DNA from: a virus
Taxonomy: Duplodnaviria; Caudoviricetes
DNA length: 64,000 nucleotides
Virus record (IMG/VR): IMGVR_UViG_2690316366_000001
Span: 32,001-96,000 of that record
Direction: 5' to 3' (one strand)
Shown: piece after piece, positions 38,148 through 46,791 of the stretch
Position numbering within the stretch: position 1 is the stretch's first letter
Layout: each line of letters begins with the position of its first letter
Notes under the pieces: generated by a model
Told to the model about the DNA's origin: nothing
Database searches by the model: none
What the model saw: the letters and a program-made list of their open reading frames with translations, nothing else
Made by a program: the position numbers and the translations under genes

Positions 38148-38456
38148 TTAGCGGCGATCCTGCAGCGCGCTGGCGATGGTATCGCCAAAGCCTAACAGGA
38201 TCGAAACGGAATCCGATTGGGCCAGGTCGGCGCCAGTTTCGCAACGAATGACGGCCGGCGCGGTCCCGCGCCATTCGCGGCGAATGATCGAATTTGCGAA
38301 ACGATGGTGCGCATAGTCGGGATTCGATAGGAGCACGGCGCAATGTGCTGCGCGCTGCATTGTCCGCCTATCAGCTGCAGCCATCCAAGCCATATCGAAT
38401 TCGTCGCGCAGTGCATGCCGCGCCGCGTCCAGTGCTACAGGGTTTCCGATTTGCAT
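38148..38456 (-). CDS. hypothetical protein
   Basis: GAGGAG RBS; start MQIGNP. Confidence 0.6.
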   Translation of the reverse strand: MQIGNPVALDAARHALRDEFDMAWMAAADRRTMQRAAHCAVLLSNPDYAHHRFANSIIRREWRGTAPAVIRCETGADLAQSDSVSILLGFGDTIASALQDRR

Positions 38457-38469
38457 TGTTGCGCGCTCC

Positions 38470-38655
38470 TCAATTCGCGATTGCGAGCGCAAGCCGCGCG
38501 GTGCGGATATGGCCGAGGCGGTCCGCTGGAATGGTGCGATCGGCCGAGGCCAGGGTTTCGGCATTGGACACAAGCCGCAATGCGAGTGTGAGGTTTCCGA
38601 GGCGGATCGCCGCGGCCGCATGATGCAACAGGCTTCTAACGGTTGAGTTTGTCAC
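38470..38655 (-). CDS. hypothetical protein
   Basis: Motif A + GAAGG; GTG start. Confidence 0.55.
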   Translation of the reverse strand: MTNSTVRSLLHHAAAAIRLGNLTLALRLVSNAETLASADRTIPADRLGHIRTARLALAIAN

Positions 38656-38706
38656 TGCTCTTGCCTTCAAGTTTGCGCACAATCGCGCGGGTTGAGCCGG
38701 ACCGGG

Positions 38707-38880
38707 CTAGCGGCGCGGCGGACTGGAACGGCGCGCGCGGCGCCGGATCATGAGGCGCCGAGGCTTTGCCGGCGCGTAAAGGAAGGGAGCTAGGCCAGCC
38801 CAGCAAAGGGTATAGATCGCCGCAACAATCAAACCGGCAACCGGTGGGTTAGCTGCGCAAAGGGAAAGGAAGGCGTGCAC
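38707..38880 (-). CDS. small membrane protein
   Basis: VAGLIVAAIYTLCWAGLAPFLY transmembrane segment plus basic tail. Confidence 0.45.
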   Translation of the reverse strand: MHAFLSLCAANPPVAGLIVAAIYTLCWAGLAPFLYAPAKPRRLMIRRRARRSSPPRR

Positions 38881-38890
38881 GGCGCGGCCC

Positions 38891-39127
38891 CTAAGCATTC
38901 GGCCGCGATTGGTCGGCGGACACTTCGCACGATATGACGCGAAAGCACGCAATGCCTTTGGCGTTCAATTCGCGATACTTGGCCAACGAAATACGCTCGG
39001 CAAAGCGCGCGCGGTCTTTGGCACGGTCGCAGGCATGATCAGCGGAATGGGAAAAGAGGCGGATATGATAATCGCAACCGGTTGCGATACGGCGGACAGT
39101 GACTTGATAGGCGAGGGTCTTTGCCAT
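38891..39127 (-). CDS. hypothetical protein, first gene after the array promoter
   Basis: Motif A + AAAAGG; start MAKTLAY. Confidence 0.65.
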   Translation of the reverse strand: MAKTLAYQVTVRRIATGCDYHIRLFSHSADHACDRAKDRARFAERISLAKYRELNAKGIACFRVISCEVSADQSRPNA

Positions 39128-39174
39128 GTCGGCGGCCTTTTGAGTTGCGCACAATCGCGCTTTCCGTTCGCCGC

Positions 39175-39203
39175 ACATGCCTATAAAGCGCGGCGCGTGT
39201 CAA
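39175..39203 (-). promoter_or_regulatory. putative leftward promoter of the gene array
   Basis: TTGACA (39203-39198) preceded by an AT-rich segment, about 40 nt before the first motif A. Confidence 0.55.
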
Positions 39204-39276
39204 TCCCTTAATTCGCTATTCTGTGAAAAAAGATAGCGGTTAGACCGGCCGGACTCACACTAGAGGGAATTCCGGC

Positions 39277-39510
39277 CTATTCCTGCAGAATGGCGTTTAT
39301 CCGCCCGAGGCGAAAGGCCTCTTGCATGGGTACCGCGGGCGAAAGGCCGGCCGCAACGGCGCGACACTTCAAGGCGAGTTCAGCGCTACCGCCTTCCGCG
39401 CGTACAGCCGTGACAGTGTTAGGCGAGATAAACAGCGCTGCAGCTGCGGCGCCATTGGATAGGCCTAGCTCCTCTTGCCAGGCCTTGAATTCGGCCGCGC
39501 TGATTCGCAT
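39277..39510 (-). CDS. HTH regulator at the proximal end of the array
   Basis: MRISAAEFKAWQEELGLSNGAAAAALFISPNTV. Confidence 0.7.
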   Translation of the reverse strand: MRISAAEFKAWQEELGLSNGAAAAALFISPNTVTAVRAEGGSAELALKCRAVAAGLSPAVPMQEAFRLGRINAILQE

Positions 39511-39763
39511 TGCGGCGCCGGCCGAGGCATAGGCGCGGCCTTTGCCAGCTTGCCTCGGCGCCGAGTTATCCGCCTTCGCTGCAGGCATGTGCTTTCCCTC
39601 TTGCGTGAGTCCGGAACGTTCATTGCCGGGTTACCTATCACAGAACAGGGAAAGGCCGAGGCCGCGCCGCGCCGTCATGCACCGCCGAGTAGCGGAACCG
39701 GATTTGACACTCCGACTCCGATTATGATTCAGAACAGGCATTCGGCGCATTGTCGCTGCAGCC

Positions 39764-39793
39764 AACCCGCCGCGGGAAACCTCGGCGGGTTTT
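39764..39793 (+). terminator. intrinsic terminator-like hairpin
   Basis: AACCCGCCG-cgggaaacct-CGGCGGGTT followed by T-rich sequence. Confidence 0.6.
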
Positions 39794-40051
39794 GCGTTTC
39801 TGGCCTCGGCGCCTCGGCCTCGGCGGATGGACGCAAGGCCGCAACGTCAACCGCAACACGCCACTAGGTCGAGCTAGTGAGAGGGAAGCGCGGGAGGTTA
39901 CCGCGCGCGGCGCGGGCGCCAGCGGCACCCATGCGTTAGGCCAGCGCGGCAAGGCCAGGTCGCTCCGATTGACGCGCAACGCGCCAGCGCCCGCCGCATG
40001 ACGCGCGCAGCACCACGCCAGCCATCCGGACCGGCCAGCGCCTCGAGGCCA

Positions 40052-40127
40052 AGGGGTATGGGGTCGGAAAGTCTAGGAATCGACGGGACCCCCTACCGCA
40101 CGGGGGCTCATTCGCACATTTTTTTTT
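40052..40127. other. candidate cos (packaging end) region
   Basis: GGGGTATGGGGTCGGAAAGTCT...ACCCCCTACCGCACGGGGG...T-run just upstream of terS. Confidence 0.5.
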
Positions 40128-40185
40128 GGTCGACCGGAAATTTCATCCAGTTCGCCCAAAACGGCAAAGAAATTGGAGTTTCGGC

Positions 40186-40641
40186 ATGGCCCGAGGTCGG
40201 CCGGCGTTCAAACCGACGAAAGCGCAGCGCACGAAGGTCGAGGAGTGGATCGCGTGCGGAATGTCCCAGGATGAATGCGCTCGAGTGCTCGGGATCTCGA
40301 CGCCGACGCTGGTGAAGTCCTTCCCCGAGGAGATCGCGACCGGTGTGGCCAAGAAGCGGGCCGAGGTTGTCGGGATGCTCTTCAAGCAGGCGAAGAAGGG
40401 CAATGCCACCTGCATCAAGAAACTCGAGGAGATGACCCGGGTATCGGCCGCTGCTCAGGCGATCGCCGATCTCGGCAACGCCGGTGTCGAGGTTCCGGCT
40501 GCACCACGTGCACCAGAGAAGGTTGGGAAAAAGGCGGAGCGAAAGGCCGCGGCCGAACGAGTTGCGGCATCGGGAGCGTTTCAGCCCCCTGAGCCGCCAA
40601 AGATTGGCCTTGTGATCGACAATACTGCGGTTAACGAGTAG
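40186..40641 (+). CDS. terS: terminase small subunit
   Basis: MARGRPAFKPT; HTH ARVLGISTPTL; precedes terL. Confidence 0.8.
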   Translation: MARGRPAFKPTKAQRTKVEEWIACGMSQDECARVLGISTPTLVKSFPEEIATGVAKKRAEVVGMLFKQAKKGNATCIKKLEEMTRVSAAAQAIADLGNAGVEVPAAPRAPEKVGKKAERKAAAERVAASGAFQPPEPPKIGLVIDNTAVNE

Positions 40642-40646
40642 CCGGC

Positions 40647-40844
40647 ATGCGCGGGCGGCAGTCCTATGAAGAGCGCCCGGGTCGCCGCATCATCACCATG
40701 CGGATCATGCGTCGCCTGCCGCACTGTCCCCTTGATCGGGCCGTCGGCATCCTATCGCGGTGTGGCAAGCGGCGCGCTGAGCCTCTCGTGACCGGCCGGC
40801 ACAAGGGGTTTCGCCTGCGTCATAGGTCCACGCGATCGCAATGA
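40647..40844 (+). CDS. small basic hypothetical protein
   Basis: Fills the terS-terL gap; ATGA-coupled to terL. Confidence 0.4.
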   Translation: MRGRQSYEERPGRRIITMRIMRRLPHCPLDRAVGILSRCGKRRAEPLVTGRHKGFRLRHRSTRSQ

Positions 40845-42526
40845 CCACTCCGGTTTGGTCAACCGCGTGCATCGATTGGGAACGGAGGATAGTTGCGGGT
40901 GAGGGGCTGATCGCGTTCGAGCCGCTGTTCCCGAGCGAGGCCGATGCCGCCCTCGAGGTGTTCAAGTCGCTCCGGATCTACGATCTGCCGCGGCAGCCCA
41001 CCTTCGGCGAGGTCTGCGAGCCATGGGTATTCGACTTTGTCCGCGCGATCTTCGGCGCCTATGACCACGGGCAGGCGAAGCGGCTGATCCGCGAGTTCTT
41101 GCTGCTGATCAGCAAGAAGAACACGAAGTCGACGATTGCCGCCGGCATCATGGTTACCGCGCTGGTGCGGAATTGGCGGCACGGCGCCGAACTGCTGATC
41201 CTGGCGCCGACGATCGAGATCGCCAACAACTCGTTCGTGCCTGCGGCAGCCATGGTCAGGCTGCACCCCAAGCTGAGGGAACTGCTGCACGTCCAGGACA
41301 ACTACCGGCAGATCACGCATCTGACCACGGATGCTGTTCTGAAGGTCGTCGCCGCCGATACCGATGTGGTCGGCGGCAAGAAAGCAGCCTTCGTCCTGGT
41401 CGACGAGCTCTGGATATTCGGCAAGCGTGCGAACGCCTCGGCGATGCTGCAGGAGGCGCTCGGCGGCCTAGTCTCGAGGCCGGAAGGTTTCGTCATTTTC
41501 CTGACGACCCAGTCAGATGCTCCCCCGACCGGCGTGTTCAAGGAGAAGCTGGACTACTTCCGCGATGTCCGGGACGGAAAGATCGTGGATCCGACCAGCC
41601 TCGGCGTGCTGTACGAATTCCCTGCGGCGATAATCGCAGCGAAGGCCTATCTCGATCCGTCAAATTGGCGGATCACCAACCCCAACCTCGACAAATCCGT
41701 CAGCACGGAATGGCTGCTGAGCGAATTGATCAAGGCCCAGCGCGGGAACGAGGACGCACTCCGGACCTTCCTCGCCAAGCATCTCAACGTCGAGATCGGC
41801 ATGAACCTCCGGGCCAATCGTTGGCCTGGCGCAACGCATTGGCAGAAGCGCGGCGATCAGAAGATCACGCTGCGCTACCTGTTCAAGGTCTGCGACGTCA
41901 TCGTGCCCGGTATAGACGGCGGCGGGCTCGACGACCTCTTTGGGCTCAGCTTGCTGGGCCGGCACAAGATCACGAAGGACTGGCTCCTCTGGGTGCATGC
42001 GTGGTGCCACCGCGGCGTGCTCGATCTGCGGCAGTCGATCGCACCGCGCCTGCTGCAATTCGAAAAGGAGGGCGATCTCACGATCGTCGATGACGAACTC
42101 GAGGACATCTCGAAGATCGTTCGCATCATCAAGTTGGTGAAGAAGAAGCGGCTCCTGGGCGGTGTTTCGGTCGACCCTGCCGGCCTCGGCGAATTCGTTG
42201 ACGCCTTGGCCGACAAGGAAATCGACATCACGGTCGAGAACAAGCTGCTCATCGGCGCCCCGCAGGGCTTCGGCATGATGAACAGCATCAAGACCTGCGA
42301 GCGCAAGCTGGTCAAAGGAACGCTGCGGCACGCGCCGAGTCCGATGATGGATTGGTGCGTCAGCAATCTGAAGATCGAGCCGACTGCCACGGCAATCAGG
42401 GCAACGAAGCAGACCGCGGGCGATGCCAAGATCGACCCCGCGATTGCGATGTTCAATTCAGCCTACCTGATGGCGACCAATCCAAAGGCTCATGGCCACG
42501 CGAAGCCGAGGGCCATGGTTCTTTGA
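40841..42526 (+). CDS. terL: terminase large subunit
   Basis: ISKKNTKS Walker A; VLVDELW; GIDGGGLDD; KIDP. Confidence 0.95.
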   Translation: MTTPVWSTACIDWERRIVAGEGLIAFEPLFPSEADAALEVFKSLRIYDLPRQPTFGEVCEPWVFDFVRAIFGAYDHGQAKRLIREFLLLISKKNTKSTIAAGIMVTALVRNWRHGAELLILAPTIEIANNSFVPAAAMVRLHPKLRELLHVQDNYRQITHLTTDAVLKVVAADTDVVGGKKAAFVLVDELWIFGKRANASAMLQEALGGLVSRPEGFVIFLTTQSDAPPTGVFKEKLDYFRDVRDGKIVDPTSLGVLYEFPAAIIAAKAYLDPSNWRITNPNLDKSVSTEWLLSELIKAQRGNEDALRTFLAKHLNVEIGMNLRANRWPGATHWQKRGDQKITLRYLFKVCDVIVPGIDGGGLDDLFGLSLLGRHKITKDWLLWVHAWCHRGVLDLRQSIAPRLLQFEKEGDLTIVDDELEDISKIVRIIKLVKKKRLLGGVSVDPAGLGEFVDALADKEIDITVENKLLIGAPQGFGMMNSIKTCERKLVKGTLRHAPSPMMDWCVSNLKIEPTATAIRATKQTAGDAKIDPAIAMFNSAYLMATNPKAHGHAKPRAMVL

Positions 42527-42534
42527 GGGTCTGA

Positions 42535-43827
42535 ATGGGCATCTTCGATATCTTCAGATCCCGTGGCGGCGTTCCGGTGGAGCAGCGGCGCGAGCCGCGG
42601 GTCATGGCCTCCGCCGAGGTTTCGTCGATCGCGGACCTCGATGATCCGCGTATCCAGGAATATCTGCGCGGCCGCGGTTTCGGCAGCGAGGCCGGCGCGC
42701 CGGTGAACCCGCACTCCGCGTTGAAGGTGGCCACCGCTTTTCGCTGCGCGGCCATCATCAATGGTGCCATCGCGACGCTGCCGATGGACATCAAGCGGCG
42801 GACCGGCAACACCCGCGTCGATGCCAACGATGCCATCATCTGGGACGTGCTGAAGACGAAGCCGAACCCCTGGCAGACGCCGAGCGAATTCAAGCGCCTC
42901 ATGCAGATGATGGTGCTGATGCGCGGCAATGGCTATGCGCTGATCGTGAGAGGAGCGTTTGGCAAGATCAAGTGGCTGATCCCGCTGGTCGGCGCGATGC
43001 AGGTCAAGCAGAACACCGACTTCACGCTGACCTATACGTACACTCGGCCGGATGGTGCACAGATCACGATTGCGCAAGAGGACATCCTTCACCTCCGCGG
43101 CATGTCGTTGGACGGCATCAACGGGCTTTCGGTTCTCGGTTTCGCTCGCGAGACGATCGGCATCTCGATCCAGTCGGAGAAGCACCTGGCCAAGGTGTTC
43201 AAGAACGGCACTTCCGTGGGGACCGTTCTCTCAACCGCCGGCGAGGTTGACGACAGGGAAAGGTTGAAGGCTGATCTTGAGGAGTACCGTGGTGCGGAGA
43301 ACGCGCACAAGACCCTCATCCTCGAGGGTGGTCTGAAATGGGAAAAGGTCGACCTCAGCAACCTTGATCTCCAGTTCATCCAGAACCGTGAGATCACGGC
43401 GACCGAGATCTGCATGTTCTTCGGAGTGCCGCCGTTCATGGTCGGTCTGACCACGAAGCAAACGTCGTGGGGCTCCGGCGTTGAACAGATGGGTATCGGG
43501 TTCGTGGCCTATACGCTTCAGGACTGGTTCACGATGTGGCAGGACGCGATCAAGCGCGATCTGCAGCCGCCGGATGACCCAACCCTTTACGTGCGGATCA
43601 ATCCGTCGGGATTGTTGCGGGCCGACATCAAGACGCGAGTGCTGTCGTATGCCGTCGGTCGCCAATGGGGCTGGTGGTCTGCCGACGACGTACGCGAGAT
43701 GGAAGACGAGAACCCGCTGCCCGACGGCATCGGCCAGACATACCTGCAGGCGGTCAACATGCAGGACGCCAGCAAGGCGACGGCCGATCTGGCCGCGCAC
43801 GATCCAAACGCTCCGACATCCAAGTAA
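42535..43827 (+). CDS. HK97-family portal protein
   Basis: KPNPWQT; RGNGYA; DILHLRG; ILEGGL; FGVPP; LLRAD. Confidence 0.95.
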   Translation: MGIFDIFRSRGGVPVEQRREPRVMASAEVSSIADLDDPRIQEYLRGRGFGSEAGAPVNPHSALKVATAFRCAAIINGAIATLPMDIKRRTGNTRVDANDAIIWDVLKTKPNPWQTPSEFKRLMQMMVLMRGNGYALIVRGAFGKIKWLIPLVGAMQVKQNTDFTLTYTYTRPDGAQITIAQEDILHLRGMSLDGINGLSVLGFARETIGISIQSEKHLAKVFKNGTSVGTVLSTAGEVDDRERLKADLEEYRGAENAHKTLILEGGLKWEKVDLSNLDLQFIQNREITATEICMFFGVPPFMVGLTTKQTSWGSGVEQMGIGFVAYTLQDWFTMWQDAIKRDLQPPDDPTLYVRINPSGLLRADIKTRVLSYAVGRQWGWWSADDVREMEDENPLPDGIGQTYLQAVNMQDASKATADLAAHDPNAPTSK

Positions 43828-43842
43828 TTGACGAGAGGGCAC

Positions 43843-45246
43843 ATGGCTGATCTCAATCGCGCCGGCCGCGCGTTCGCGCGCGACCTTATCGCCGGTGACA
43901 ACATCGATCGGGACTCGGCGTGGTCGTTCACTGCCGATGATGGCAATACGCTGCTCGGCGACGCTGGCTCCGACTGGGCGAATTACGGCAAGCATCATCT
44001 CGGTATCGACACGACCGAGAACTTCGACACCAAGGACCATTGGAAGTACCCGTTCGCTAAAGACGGCAAGATCTATCGGAGCGCCCTGGTCGCGATCCGG
44101 CAGCGGTCGAGCTCGCAAAAGGACAAGGTAGTCTATGATGCAGCCGGCGCGCTCCTCGACGAGATCGACGGCGACACTGACTCGAGCCAGGCTGATGCCG
44201 GCAAGGGCCCGAACGCCGGTGGTGGGGTGATCACCGTAGCGAACCGGCCCCCGCGCATTGAGGTGCAGCCGCGCTCGGACCTTGCATCGTCAGCGCCGGC
44301 GAGTCCTGATTGCTTCTCGCGCTGGAATCCCGGCATCCGCGCCGCGACCGCAGACGAACCGAACGTCATCGAGATGTTCGACGTGATTGGATACGACTTC
44401 TGGAGCGGCGGCGGGATCACCGCGGAGTCAGTTTCCAGCCAGTTGAAGAGCTTCAGCGGCCAGCCGGTCGAGGTGCAGATCAATTCGCCCGGCGGCGATA
44501 TGTTCGAGGGCATCGCGATCTACAACCTGCTGAATCAGTATCCCGGCAAGGTCACGGTCAAAGTGATGGCGCTCGCGGCAAGTGCGGCCTCGGTGATCGC
44601 CATGGCCGGCGATGACGTCCAGATCGGGCAGGGCGCCTTCATCATGATCCACAACTGCTGGGTCATGGCGATCGGCAACCGCAACGATATGCGTGAAGTC
44701 GCGGACTATCTCGAACCGTTTGACCAGGCGCTGTGCGACATCTACGTCGCCCGGACCAGCATGAAGGCGAACGACGTCGCCACCTATATGGACGACGAGA
44801 CGTTCATCGGCGCGCAGCAGGCGATCGACGAGGGCTTTGCAGACACCCTCCTGTCGCAGGAGAAGATCAAGGAAGACAAGAAGGCCGCCGCAAGCTCGAA
44901 GTCCAAGATTGCTGCCCTTCACATTGAAGCTGCCCTGGTTCGCCGCGGGCACGTCCCCGCGGCACAGGCGCGCAGCATGATTGTGAATGCGGCCGGTGCC
45001 GGCGCCGACGGTACGCCGGCAGTCCGTGAGATCGAGAAGATCCTGACCCGGAACGATGGCGAGCATGAAGGCATGTCTCGCGGCACGTTCCGTGCGCTCA
45101 TCCGAGATTTGAAGAGCGGCACGCCTGCGGCGGCCGCCAATCAAAGTGACGTCATGCCTGGCGCTGATGTCGGGTCCAAGCCTGGCGCTGGACAAGCCGA
45201 ACTGCTGACGGCGATCGCCGCCTTCAGGCAGGTCGCGAAGTCGTAA
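43843..45246 (+). CDS. ClpP-type head maturation protease with extra N-terminal domain
   Basis: INSPGGDMFEG; LAASAASVIAMAG; MIHN. Confidence 0.9.
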   Translation: MADLNRAGRAFARDLIAGDNIDRDSAWSFTADDGNTLLGDAGSDWANYGKHHLGIDTTENFDTKDHWKYPFAKDGKIYRSALVAIRQRSSSQKDKVVYDAAGALLDEIDGDTDSSQADAGKGPNAGGGVITVANRPPRIEVQPRSDLASSAPASPDCFSRWNPGIRAATADEPNVIEMFDVIGYDFWSGGGITAESVSSQLKSFSGQPVEVQINSPGGDMFEGIAIYNLLNQYPGKVTVKVMALAASAASVIAMAGDDVQIGQGAFIMIHNCWVMAIGNRNDMREVADYLEPFDQALCDIYVARTSMKANDVATYMDDETFIGAQQAIDEGFADTLLSQEKIKEDKKAAASSKSKIAALHIEAALVRRGHVPAAQARSMIVNAAGAGADGTPAVREIEKILTRNDGEHEGMSRGTFRALIRDLKSGTPAAAANQSDVMPGADVGSKPGAGQAELLTAIAAFRQVAKS

Positions 45247-45282
45247 CGCTCAACGCAATCCATCCAATCGGAGAATTTGGCC

Positions 45283-46695
45283 ATGACGCGCCATTTCGCG
45301 CCGCGCAGCCTGCTGTCTGCTGCGCCTCGTGCACTCATGCTCCCGGGAGTCCGCGCCGACGTAAGTCCGGCCGAGCTCGTCCAGGGGCTCACCAAGGATC
45401 TGGGCGACTTCAAGTCGGCTCAAGTCGAAGCCATGAAGCAGCTCGAGAAGGTCGTGAACGACTTCCGTGCTGCCAACGACACGTCGTTGAAGGCGAAGGT
45501 CGACGATGCCGTGATGACCGAGCAGGTCAACCGCATCAACGCCGCGATCGACGAGGGCGTGAAGCAGCAGAAGGATATCGGCGCCAAGATCGACAAGATC
45601 ACCGCTGAGATCGAGAAGCTGACCGAGAAGCAGGCGTCCCTGACCGTTCTGGGCAATGGCACCAAGGCGAGCAAGGATCCGCGCACGTCGAACCCGAACT
45701 TGCCGGAGTACGCGAAGGCGTTCAACCGGTACTTCCGCCGCGGCGAGAATGCCGTGGAAGGTGGCGCCTCGGCGCTGCGCGACCTCGAGGTGAAGGCCGC
45801 GATGTCCGTCGGCTCCGATCCGGATGGTGGCTACACCGTCCTGCCGGAGATCGAGCAGACCATCGACGAGGTCGTCCAGCAGATCTCGCCGATGCGCGAT
45901 CTCGCGACCGTCATGACGATCGGCACCTCGGAGTACCGCAAGCTGGTCAACCAGCACGGCACCGCCTCGGGCTGGGTCGGTGAGGTGGACTCGCGTCCGC
46001 AGACGGCCGGCTCGAACCTGAGCGAGCTGAAGTTCCCGATCATGGAGATGTATGCCATGCCGGCAGCGTCCCAGAGCCTGCTCGACGACTCGTTCGTCGA
46101 CATCGGCGCCTGGATCGCCGGTGAGGTGCAGCTCGAGTTCGCCCGCCAGGAAGGCAACGCCTTCGTGGTCGGCGACGGCCAGAACAAGCCGAATGGCATC
46201 GTCGGTGGCTACCAGACCGTGGCCAACAACGCCTATGCCTGGGGCAAGATCGGCTTCGTGACCACCGGCGCCGCCGGCGCCTTCGCGAACGCCAACCCGG
46301 CCGACTGCTTGGTCGACCTCCTGCACTCGGTGAAGAGCCCGTACCGCATCAATTCGACCTTCGTGGCGAACCGCGGCACGCTCGGCGCGATCCGGAAGCT
46401 GAAGGACGGCCAGGGCAACTACCTCCTGAACATGGTCCTTCGTCAGGAGGGCTTCATCGAGGAGATCCTCGGTCGTCCCGCGGTCGAGATGCCTGACATG
46501 CCGGACATGGGCGCGAACTCGCTCTCGGTCGCTTACGGCGATTTCAAGCGCGCCTATCTGATCATCGACCGGATCGGCATCCGCGTCCTGCGCGACCCGT
46601 ACACCGCCAAGCCCTACGTGCTGTTCTACACGACCAAGCGCGTCGGCGGTGGCGTGCAGAACTTCGAGGCGTTCAAGCTCCTGAAGTTCGCGTAA
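45283..46695 (+). CDS. HK97-fold major capsid protein
   Basis: Coiled-coil delta domain; DGGYTV; GDGQNKPNGI; LKDGQGNY; YGDFK. Confidence 0.95.
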   Translation: MTRHFAPRSLLSAAPRALMLPGVRADVSPAELVQGLTKDLGDFKSAQVEAMKQLEKVVNDFRAANDTSLKAKVDDAVMTEQVNRINAAIDEGVKQQKDIGAKIDKITAEIEKLTEKQASLTVLGNGTKASKDPRTSNPNLPEYAKAFNRYFRRGENAVEGGASALRDLEVKAAMSVGSDPDGGYTVLPEIEQTIDEVVQQISPMRDLATVMTIGTSEYRKLVNQHGTASGWVGEVDSRPQTAGSNLSELKFPIMEMYAMPAASQSLLDDSFVDIGAWIAGEVQLEFARQEGNAFVVGDGQNKPNGIVGGYQTVANNAYAWGKIGFVTTGAAGAFANANPADCLVDLLHSVKSPYRINSTFVANRGTLGAIRKLKDGQGNYLLNMVLRQEGFIEEILGRPAVEMPDMPDMGANSLSVAYGDFKRAYLIIDRIGIRVLRDPYTAKPYVLFYTTKRVGGGVQNFEAFKLLKFA

Positions 46696-46791
46696 GCGCG
46701 CTCCGAGCCACGTTCGCAAGCGCGGCTCGGCCAACGCCGGGCCGCGGCACCTTCCCCCCAATTTCCTCAACCTTCAGAAGGGACCTGCGCT

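Larger units (their letters stand above)
27687..39160 (-). repeat. Motif A: 12 dispersed copies of the GCGCRATNGTGCGCAA hairpin before ribosome-binding sites
   Basis: Plus-strand starts 27687, 31405, 32833, 33691, 34190, 35572, 36132, 37272, 37555, 38077, 38673, 39145. Confidence 0.92.

Noticed and set aside
27687-39160. CRISPR array or integron cassette array
   Set aside because: The repeats are 16-20 nt and separated by whole genes of variable length. There are no cas genes, no integron integrase and no attC R/L box structure.
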